Part shown: positions 15,286 through 22,578 of the stretch, one piece after another | Layout: the number at the start of each line of letters is the position of its first letter | Position numbering within the stretch: the first letter of the stretch is position 1 | Source: Nevskia sp. | Lineage (GTDB): Bacteria > Pseudomonadota > Gammaproteobacteria > Nevskiales > Nevskiaceae | Assembly (NCBI GenBank): GCA_021732745.1 | Contig: JAKFUK010000001.1 | Location: forward strand, 42,931 to 74,930 | Direction of reading: 5' to 3' | DNA length: 32,000 nt | Notes under the pieces: generated by a model | The model's input: the letters and a program-made list of their open reading frames with translations, nothing else | Told to the model about the DNA's origin: nothing | The model's database searches: none | Program-made: the position numbers and the translations under genes

Positions 15286-16551
15286 ATGGTCGACGCAAAC
15301 TGGCTGCACGGCATCCTGACGGATGTGCAGGCCAACTGGTTTCTCTACGCCTCCATGCCGCTGGTGGCCGCGGCCATCGGCTACGGCACCAAGATCGCGG
15401 CCATTCACATGATGTTCCAGCCGCTCAAGTTCGTCGGCATCCGGCCGCCCTACCTGGGCTGGCAGGGCATCATTCCGCGCAATGCGGCGCGTATGGCAAC
15501 CATCGCCTGCGACACGCTCACCTCGCGTCTGCTCAAGCCCGAAGAACTGTTCGACCGCCTCGACCCGTTGCGCGTGGCGATGGCCGTCGATCAGCCCCTG
15601 CGAGCGGCGGTCGAGGAAATCGTTCACGAAGTGTTCGAGCACTATTCGCCGGGCCTGTGGACCGCGGCGCCCGCCTCGATGAAGCGCACCATGATCCGGC
15701 GGGTCCAGGACAAGTCGCCGCAACTGATCGAGGACATCATGTCGAAGATCCGCGGCGACCTGAACTCGGTATTCGATCTCAAGGACATGGTGGTGAGCAA
15801 TCTTGTGAAGGACAAGGAACTGCTCAACCAGATGTTCCGCGAGGTGGGTCGCGGCGAATTCCGGTTCATCCGCAATTCCGGCATCTACTTCGGCTTCGTG
15901 ATCGGCTGCGTGCAGGCGCTGGCCTGGGCGTTGACGCACTCGATGTGGATCATGCCGCTGTTCGGCGGACTCACCGGCTGGCTCAGCGACTGGCTGGCGC
16001 TGAAAATGGTCTTCCGGCCCAAGGAGCCCACGCGCTACCTCGGCTTGTTCACCTGGCAGGGGCTGTTCATCAAGCGCCGCCAGCAGGTGGCCTCGGAGTA
16101 CGGCCGGCTCATGGCGCAGCGCGTGCTCACGCCCAGCGCCGTCATGGCCTCTATCCTGCGCGGCCCGCTGTCCGACCGCCTGTACACGATGATCCAGAAC
16201 GAGGTCCGCGCCGCGATCGACGAGCAGGCGGGATTCGCGCGGCCACTGGTGGTGCTGTCGGTGGGAGGCGACAAGTACCTGGAGATGAAGCGCCTGGTCG
16301 CGGGCAAGATCGTGGAACGCCTGCCCGAGGCCATGCGCCACGTCGAGGCCTACGCATTCGAGGCGCTCGACATCGAGAACACGCTCAAGACCAAGATGGC
16401 GCAACTCACGGTCGACGAGTATGAGGGCCTGCTCCGTCCGGCCTTCCAGCAGGACGAGTGGATCCTGATCGCGGTGGGTGCCGCCTTGGGCTTCCTGGTC
16501 GGCGAGATGCAGGTCCACGTGATGCTTGCCTTTGCCGTGAATCCACAATGA
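15286..16551 (+). CDS. DUF445-like integral membrane protein of unknown function
   Basis: 421 aa, with a strong SD (GGGGGAGAG) upstream. N-terminal TM plus AAAIGYGTKIAAIHMMFQPLKFVG...GWQGIIPRNAARMA, and C-terminal DEWILIAVGAALGFLVGEMQ. This resembles the DUF445 (YheB/YjiN) pattern, recalled from memory only. Confidence 0.6.
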   Translation: MVDANWLHGILTDVQANWFLYASMPLVAAAIGYGTKIAAIHMMFQPLKFVGIRPPYLGWQGIIPRNAARMATIACDTLTSRLLKPEELFDRLDPLRVAMAVDQPLRAAVEEIVHEVFEHYSPGLWTAAPASMKRTMIRRVQDKSPQLIEDIMSKIRGDLNSVFDLKDMVVSNLVKDKELLNQMFREVGRGEFRFIRNSGIYFGFVIGCVQALAWALTHSMWIMPLFGGLTGWLSDWLALKMVFRPKEPTRYLGLFTWQGLFIKRRQQVASEYGRLMAQRVLTPSAVMASILRGPLSDRLYTMIQNEVRAAIDEQAGFARPLVVLSVGGDKYLEMKRLVAGKIVERLPEAMRHVEAYAFEALDIENTLKTKMAQLTVDEYEGLLRPAFQQDEWILIAVGAALGFLVGEMQVHVMLAFAVNPQ

Positions 16552-16618
16552 CAGCTGCCGAATACACAATGCGAAACGATTCTGACTGCACCGCGCGATG
16601 CGCGGTGGGAGAACCATC

Positions 16619-18076
16619 ATGACGGATACCCGAGCCTTCAACTCCGCCGACCTGCACTCACTCGAGGGCTGGGGCGGCGGACCGGAGATGAGTCACTTCG
16701 AAGGCGTGATGTGGCGCCTGGACGTCAACCCGCACATGCGTTCGACCATGACCGGGGTGGAGATCCTCGACCACGCGCCGGACTGGCAGCGTCTGCGCGC
16801 CGCCCACGAGCGCCTCACGGCGTCGATTCCGCGCTTCAGGCAGCGCGTGGTGGAACCCCTGTTCGGTCTGGGCACGCCGCACTGGGTGGATGACCCGGAC
16901 TTTTCGCTCGACTACCACCTGCGCCGCCTGCGCGTGCCGGAACCGGCCACGCCGCGTCAGTTGCTGGAACAGGCGCAGTGGATCGCGATGACGCCCTTCG
17001 ACCGCGCCCGCCCGCCGTGGGAGGTGATCCTGATCGAGGGCCTGGCCGACGGCCGCGCGGCCTACGTGCTGAAAATGCACCACGCCCTGTCCGACGGCCA
17101 CGGCATGATGCAGTTGCTCTCGCAGGCACACAGCCACAGCGCCCAACCAGGACCGCCGGTGGAACAGCCGGCGCGCCAGCCCGCCGCCCCGCTGCCCTCC
17201 ACCGGTGCGGTGCTGGGGCGGCAAGTGCGCGCAGGCCTGTCGCGACTGCCGCAGCAGACGCGCAAGCTGGTCGCCGACGTGGCGCAGGGCCTGCAGCGTC
17301 CTGACGCGGCGCGCGAGGCACTGCGATATGTGCAGTCAGCAGCGCGCATCCTCGGCCGCAAGCCGGCACCCAAGTCGCCGCTGATCGCCGGCCGCAGCCT
17401 GTCATGGCATTTCGACGCGCTGGATTTTCCGCTGGACGATTTCAAGGCCGCCGCCAAGCGTGCCGGTGCCAGCCTCAACGATGCCTACATCGCCGGTATC
17501 GCCGGCGGGTTCCGGCGCTATCACGAGCAACTCGGCCAGCCCATCGCCAAGTTGCCCATCGTGTTCCCCGTCAGCGTACGCACCGCGGCGGACGGCCTCG
17601 GCGGCAACCGTTTCGTCGGTGGCCAATTCGACGCGCCGCTGGACGAACCCGATCCGGTCGCCTGCATGAAGACGGTCGGCGCGTTCGTGGAGACACTGCG
17701 CGCGGAGCCGGCGCTCGACGTGCTGTTGCGCGTGATGCCGATTGTCGGCCGCCTGCCCACGCCGCTGCTCGGCAAGATGATGTCCGGCGTCACTGCCGCC
17801 CAGGACGTGCAGGCCACCAACGTGCCGGGGCTGCGCCGCCCGGTGTACATCGCCGGTGCGAGAGTCACCCACTTCTTCGGCTTCGGTCCCCTGCCCGGCT
17901 GCGCCGCCATGTTCGCGATGCTCTCGCACGACCAGCGCTGCTGCATCGGCATCAACACCGACGCCGCCGCCGTGCGCGAGCCGGATCGCCTGGTGGAATG
18001 CCTGCGCCTGAGCTTCGACGAGATCATGGGCATTCCCGGAATCACCGAGGTCTTCGCCGGGCCGGGCAAGCCGTAG
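16619..18076 (+). CDS. Wax ester synthase / diacylglycerol O-acyltransferase (WS/DGAT) family
   Basis: 485 aa counted from MTDTRAF, with a GGGAGA SD 8 nt upstream. Catalytic HHxxxDG motif as MHHALSDGHG. Conserved PLNRARPPW-like segment TPFDRARPPWEVILIEGL and C-terminal NVPG motif (QATNVPGLRRPVYIAG). Confidence 0.85.
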   Translation: MTDTRAFNSADLHSLEGWGGGPEMSHFEGVMWRLDVNPHMRSTMTGVEILDHAPDWQRLRAAHERLTASIPRFRQRVVEPLFGLGTPHWVDDPDFSLDYHLRRLRVPEPATPRQLLEQAQWIAMTPFDRARPPWEVILIEGLADGRAAYVLKMHHALSDGHGMMQLLSQAHSHSAQPGPPVEQPARQPAAPLPSTGAVLGRQVRAGLSRLPQQTRKLVADVAQGLQRPDAAREALRYVQSAARILGRKPAPKSPLIAGRSLSWHFDALDFPLDDFKAAAKRAGASLNDAYIAGIAGGFRRYHEQLGQPIAKLPIVFPVSVRTAADGLGGNRFVGGQFDAPLDEPDPVACMKTVGAFVETLRAEPALDVLLRVMPIVGRLPTPLLGKMMSGVTAAQDVQATNVPGLRRPVYIAGARVTHFFGFGPLPGCAAMFAMLSHDQRCCIGINTDAAAVREPDRLVECLRLSFDEIMGIPGITEVFAGPGKP

Positions 18077-18091
18077 GGAACTTCGTCGGCC

Positions 18092-18127
18092 GGGAGTCGG
18101 CACGACACTGACGTCGTGCCAACTCCC
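18092..18127 (+). terminator. Long GC-rich stem-loop immediately after WS/DGAT; no U-tract
   Basis: GGGAGT-c-GGCACGAC [actgac] GTCGTGCC-a-ACTCCC gives 14 bp of stem with one mismatch. It starts 16 nt after the TAG at 18074-18076 and is followed by an A-run (aacaaaaaag). Confidence 0.4.
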
Positions 18128-18165
18128 GCGGCCGAACAAAAAAGAAGCCTCTTTGCCCCTCGCAA

Positions 18166-18185
18166 TCTAACAGGTGTTTGTTAGA
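18166..18185. promoter_or_regulatory. Perfect 7-bp inverted repeat TCTAACA-N6-TGTTAGA upstream of the 11-gene operon; candidate operator
   Basis: tctaacaggtgtttgttaga lies 75 nt upstream of the ATG at 18260. It shares TCTAACANNTGTTTG (13 of 15 positions) and TTAGACTGA (9 of 9) with the 15199-15240 region. Confidence 0.45.
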
Positions 18186-18259
18186 CTGACGCCTCGCAGC
18201 CGGGATGTCTGTCGCTTGCATAACGCCGCTGCGATCCATCACGTGACCGAGGAACAAGC

Positions 18260-19723
18260 ATGATCGGCATCACCTGTTACGGCGCCTATGTGCCAAGACT
18301 GCGGCTCAGCCGTGCCGCGGCGGCCCAGGCCAACGCATGGGCCAATCCGGGCCTGCTCGCCCAGGCGCGCGGCGAGCGCTCGATGGCCAACTGGGACGAG
18401 GACAGCCTGACGATGGCGGTGGAAGCCGCACGCGACGCGCTGGCCGGCCGCAACACGGACGGCATCGGCGCCCTCTACTTCGGCTCCACCACGCATCCCT
18501 TCGCCGACCGCCAGAACGCGGGCCTGGTCGCCTCCGCGCTCGACCTGCCGGAATCGATCAGTTCCTCCGACTTCGGCGGCGCGCAGAAGGCCGGCACCGC
18601 CGCGCTGATCGCAGCACTCGACCGCGCGACGGCCGGACGCCCGGGCGAGGCCCTGGTGGTGGCCGCCGAACATCGCCGGGCGCGTCCCGGCAGCGCCCAG
18701 GAGTTGCAGTACGGCGATGCCGCCGCTGCCTTCACGATCGGCAATTCCGCAGTGATTGCCGAGTTCCTCGGCAGCCACAGCGTGTCGGTGGATTTCGTCG
18801 ATCATTACCGCGCGACGGGCCAGGAATTCGATTACATCTGGGAAGAGCGCTGGCTGCGCGACGAGGCGTTCCAGAAGTGGGTGCCGGCCGCGGTGACAGC
18901 CGGGCTGGAAAAAATTGGGATCGCCCCCGGCAGCATCCATCACTTCGTGCTGGCCGAGCCGGTCGCCAAGCTCTCCGCGCTGGTCGCCAAGCGTTGCGGC
19001 ATCACCGAGACCGCCATCGCCGACAGCCTGCTCGGCGTGGTCGGACATGCCGGCTCGGCGCACGCCCCGCTGATGCTTGCCGCGGCACTGCAGAAGGCGC
19101 AAGCCGGACAGACCATCGTGGTCGTCGGCTTTGGCCAGGGTTGCGACGTGCTGGCCTTCCGCACCACCGCCGCGCTGGGCGAACTGCCCGCGCGCAGCGG
19201 CGTCGCCGGCAGTCTCAAGCGCCGCAAGGAAGAAAAGAATTACCCGAAGTTCCAGTCCTTCAACGAGACCGTCTCGCCGGAAAAAGGTCTGCGCGGCGAA
19301 GCCAATCCGCAGACCGCGCTGTCGGCGATGTACCGCAACCGCCGCATGCTGTCCGGGCTGGTCGGGGGCAGTTGCACGAAGTGCGGCACCGCGCAGTTCC
19401 CGCCCGCCGACATCTGCGTCAATCCGTCCTGCCATCACCAGGGACCGATGCAGCCGTACCGCTTCGCCGACGAGGCGGGCCGCATCAAGACCTGGTCCGC
19501 GGACTGGCTCACCTACACGCCCGACCCGCCCGCGCACTACGGCATGGTGGAGTTCGAGCGCGGCGGTCGCTTCGTCGCCGACATCACCGACTGGGATCTC
19601 GGCAAGGTCGAGGTCGGACAGCCGGTCCGCATGGTGTTCCGCGTGCGCGGGCGCGATGCGCAACGCGGCATGGTTCGCTATTTCTGGAAGGCCGCGCCGC
19701 TGGCCGGCACGGGGGAGCACTGA
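18260..19723 (+). CDS. Fusion protein: an HMG-CoA synthase/KAS III-like domain (catalytic triad substituted) plus a C-terminal DUF35 zinc-ribbon/OB-fold domain
   Basis: 487 aa. The N-terminal part aligns by eye with HMGCS (GITCYGAYVPRLRL, NWDEDSLTMAVEAARDAL, GFGQGCDV). However it has GSTTHPF where GTES is expected, GGAQKAGTAAL where EACxGxTA is expected, and LAEPVAK where FHxPxxK is expected. The C-terminal part has CTKC...CVNPSC plus an OB-fold (YGMVEFERGGRFVADITD...VGQPVRMVF). Confidence 0.8.
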   Translation: MIGITCYGAYVPRLRLSRAAAAQANAWANPGLLAQARGERSMANWDEDSLTMAVEAARDALAGRNTDGIGALYFGSTTHPFADRQNAGLVASALDLPESISSSDFGGAQKAGTAALIAALDRATAGRPGEALVVAAEHRRARPGSAQELQYGDAAAAFTIGNSAVIAEFLGSHSVSVDFVDHYRATGQEFDYIWEERWLRDEAFQKWVPAAVTAGLEKIGIAPGSIHHFVLAEPVAKLSALVAKRCGITETAIADSLLGVVGHAGSAHAPLMLAAALQKAQAGQTIVVVGFGQGCDVLAFRTTAALGELPARSGVAGSLKRRKEEKNYPKFQSFNETVSPEKGLRGEANPQTALSAMYRNRRMLSGLVGGSCTKCGTAQFPPADICVNPSCHHQGPMQPYRFADEAGRIKTWSADWLTYTPDPPAHYGMVEFERGGRFVADITDWDLGKVEVGQPVRMVFRVRGRDAQRGMVRYFWKAAPLAGTGEH

Positions 19724-19724
19724 G

Positions 19725-20930
19725 ATGAGCAGCGGAATTCGCGACAAGGTCGCCATCCTGGGAATGGGCTGCTCGCGCTTCGGCGAGCGCTGGGACATGG
19801 GTGCCGAGGAACTGATGGTGGAGTCCTTCACCGAGGCTCTCACCGACGCCGGCATCGGCCGCGAGCAGGTTCAGGCCGCCTGGCTGGGCTCCTGCATGGA
19901 CGAGGTCAACATCGGCAAGTCGGCGCTGCCGGCCTCGATGGCCCTGCGCCTGAACAATATCCCGGTGACGCGAGTCGAGAACTACTGCGCCACCGGCACC
20001 GAGGCCTTTCGCGGCGCGGTGTATGCGGTGGCGTCCGGTGCCTGCGACATCGCGCTCGCCATCGGCGTGGAAAAACTCAAGGACACCGGCTACGGCGGAT
20101 TGCCGGGGCTGGATGTCGGCTCGATGCCGCCGCTGTGGTGGCCGAACCTGTCGGCACCCGGTGTGTTCGCACAGGTCGCGAGCGCCTACATGAACCGCTA
20201 CAAGGTGCCGCGCGATGTGCTCAAGCGCGCGCTCGCGGAAATTTCCGCCAAGAGCCACGCCAACGGCGCCAAGAACCCGAAGGCGCATCTGCGCAACCCG
20301 GTGAGCTGCGACACCATCATGGCCTCGCCGATGATCGCCGAGCCGCTGGGCCTGTTCGACTGCTGCGGCGTGTCCGACGGCTCGGCCGCGGCCATCGTCA
20401 CCACGCCGGAGATCGCCAGGTCGCTGGGCAAGCATCCCGACCAGATGGTCACGGTCAAGGCGCTGCAACTCGCGCTGTCGAATGGTTCCGAAGGCGGCTA
20501 CAACGACTGGGACGGCTCCTACATCCACACCACGCGCGTCGCCGCGAAGCGTGCTTACGCCGAAGCCGGCATCACCCGGCCGCGCGATGAAATCTCGATG
20601 TTCGAGGTTCACGACTGCTTCTCGATCACCGAACTGGTGACGATGGAGGACCTGTCACTGTCCTCCGATGGCGGCGCGATCAAGGACGTGATGGACGGCT
20701 TCTACAACGCCGACGGCAAGATTCCCTGCCAGATCGACGGCGGCCTCAAGTGCTTCGGCCATCCGATCGGCGCGTCCGGCATCCGGATGGTCTACGAGAT
20801 GTACCTGCAACTGCTCGGCCGCGCCGGCGAGCGTCAGCTCAAGAACCCGCGCTACGGCCTGACCCACAACCTCGGTGGCTTTCCGCACCAGAACGTCGTC
20901 GGCATTTCCATCGTCGGACGCTACCAATGA
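19725..20930 (+). CDS. SCP-x / archaeal-type thiolase (PhlC-like), with catalytic residues present
   Basis: 401 aa counted from MSSGIRDKVAILGMGCSRFGE, with a GGGGGAG SD upstream. Nucleophile Cys in VENYCATGTEAF, plus VHDCFS and KCFGHPIGASG. It starts 1 nt after the upstream stop. Confidence 0.85.
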   Translation: MSSGIRDKVAILGMGCSRFGERWDMGAEELMVESFTEALTDAGIGREQVQAAWLGSCMDEVNIGKSALPASMALRLNNIPVTRVENYCATGTEAFRGAVYAVASGACDIALAIGVEKLKDTGYGGLPGLDVGSMPPLWWPNLSAPGVFAQVASAYMNRYKVPRDVLKRALAEISAKSHANGAKNPKAHLRNPVSCDTIMASPMIAEPLGLFDCCGVSDGSAAAIVTTPEIARSLGKHPDQMVTVKALQLALSNGSEGGYNDWDGSYIHTTRVAAKRAYAEAGITRPRDEISMFEVHDCFSITELVTMEDLSLSSDGGAIKDVMDGFYNADGKIPCQIDGGLKCFGHPIGASGIRMVYEMYLQLLGRAGERQLKNPRYGLTHNLGGFPHQNVVGISIVGRYQ

Positions 20931-20964
20931 ATTTCATCTTTCAACTGCACCGGAAAACCTGCGC

Positions 20965-22143
20965 ATGAAACCACTCGCGGCCATTGTCGCCGTGTCCGAG
21001 ATGAAGCCCGGACGCTACCCGAACTACAACGGCATGGAGATGTACCGGCAGGTCATCTCGCAGTTCCTGCGCGAATGGCCGCAACTGCGGCCCTCGGATA
21101 TCGGTGGCCTGCTGTCAGCACCCGCCGGCATGGCCTCGGCCGACGGCACCGATGTGTTCGCGCACGAAAAGATCTCGGAAGAACTCGGCATCGAGCCGAC
21201 CTTCAGCGAGACCATCAATGCCGGCGGCGGCACCTACGCGCTGATGCTGATCCGCGCGTCCCTGGCCATCGAGCGCGGACTCTGCGATTCCGTGCTCTGC
21301 CTGGGTGCCGGGCGCTTCCCCAACGTGGGCAGCGGCATGGCCGAGATGATGAGCAAGCTGATCAGCCATCCCGAGTTCGAATATCCGTACGGCACCTATA
21401 TCCCGCCGATCTTCGCGCTCAACGCCACGCGCCACATGCACGAATTCGGCACCACGCGCGAGCAGCTCGCGCAGGTCGCGGTGTCGCAGCGCGAATGGTC
21501 GCTGCTGCATCCGGATGCGCTGATGGCCCCGCAGGGGCGGCTGACGATCGACAAGGTGCTGTCCTCGCGCCCGATCACCTACCCGTTCAATCTGCTCGAC
21601 TGCTCGGTGCCCAGCGAAGGCGGATCGGCGGTGCTGGTGGTGTCGCCGAAGATCGCCCAGCGCTACGCCAAGAAACCCTGCTTCCTGTATGGCTTCGGCG
21701 AGAAGCACACTCATTCCAGCATCAGCCAGGCGCATGACCTGACCACGCTCGGCTCCAGGGAAACCTCGGCGCAGGCCTACCGCATGGCCGGTGTCGGACC
21801 CAAGGACATGGACTTCGCCCAGCTCTACGACTCCTTCAGCATCAACCCGATCATCTACGCCGAAGATCTTGGCCTCTGCGCCAAGGGCCAGGGCGGCGCG
21901 TTCTTCGCCGGCGGCCGCACCGCGCCGGGCGGCGAATTCCCGGTCAATACCTATGGCGGGCTGATGTCCTTCGGCCACGTCGGCGATGCCTCCGGCCAGA
22001 CCATGATCGTGGAAGCGGCACGCCAGATCATGGGTATTGCCGGCGAAGCACGCCAGTTGAAGAAAGCCGATCTCGGCGTCGTTCACTGCTACGGCGGAAT
22101 GATGTCCGAGCACGCCACCCTCGTTCTCGGGAGCGCGTCATGA
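20965..22143 (+). CDS. Thiolase-like protein lacking the catalytic Cys/His residues; candidate non-thiolytic enzyme or scaffold
   Basis: 392 aa. Collinear with the preceding thiolase (GLCDSVLCLGAGR against GACDIALAIGVEK). However it has INAGGGTYA where NYCATGTEA stands, LYDSFS where VHDCFS stands, and MSFGHVGDASG where KCFGHPIGASG stands. Confidence 0.75.
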   Translation: MKPLAAIVAVSEMKPGRYPNYNGMEMYRQVISQFLREWPQLRPSDIGGLLSAPAGMASADGTDVFAHEKISEELGIEPTFSETINAGGGTYALMLIRASLAIERGLCDSVLCLGAGRFPNVGSGMAEMMSKLISHPEFEYPYGTYIPPIFALNATRHMHEFGTTREQLAQVAVSQREWSLLHPDALMAPQGRLTIDKVLSSRPITYPFNLLDCSVPSEGGSAVLVVSPKIAQRYAKKPCFLYGFGEKHTHSSISQAHDLTTLGSRETSAQAYRMAGVGPKDMDFAQLYDSFSINPIIYAEDLGLCAKGQGGAFFAGGRTAPGGEFPVNTYGGLMSFGHVGDASGQTMIVEAARQIMGIAGEARQLKKADLGVVHCYGGMMSEHATLVLGSAS

Positions 22144-22556
22144 GCAACCCCGCCGTCAACCCCAAGCCGATCCCCGAAATCAACGCCCACAGCAAGCCCT
22201 ACTGGGACGGCGCACAGCGCGGCGAGCTGATGATTCAGCGCTGCCGCGGCACCGGCAAGCCCTTCATGTACGCGCGCTGCTGGAGCCCCTTCGACTTCTC
22301 GCCCGACCCCATCTGGGAAAAGGCCAGCGGGCTGGGCACGGTGTTCAGCTACACCGTCGTGTACCAGCCGCCGTATGCGGCATTCAAGGCCGACTGCCCG
22401 TTCGTGATGGCCATCATCCAGCTCGACGAAGGTCCGCAGATGATGAGCAACGTCCTCAACTGCGATCCGGAATCCGTGCGCATCGGGATGAAGGTCAAGG
22501 TCTGCTTCGAGACCCGCAGCGGCGGCTTCAAGATTCCGCAGTTCGAACCGGCCTGA
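22140..22556 (+). CDS. DUF35 OB-fold (acyl-CoA-associated) protein with a degenerate zinc ribbon
   Basis: 138 aa. The start overlaps the upstream stop (ATGA). N-terminal SKPYWDGAQRGELMIQRC...ARC holds only two Cys instead of CxxC...CxxC. The OB-fold core is GTVFSYTVVYQP...FVMAIIQLDEGPQMMSNVL...GMKVKVCFE. Confidence 0.75.
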   Translation: MSNPAVNPKPIPEINAHSKPYWDGAQRGELMIQRCRGTGKPFMYARCWSPFDFSPDPIWEKASGLGTVFSYTVVYQPPYAAFKADCPFVMAIIQLDEGPQMMSNVLNCDPESVRIGMKVKVCFETRSGGFKIPQFEPA

Positions 22557-22578
22557 ATCCTTCAATAGCGAGCATCCC

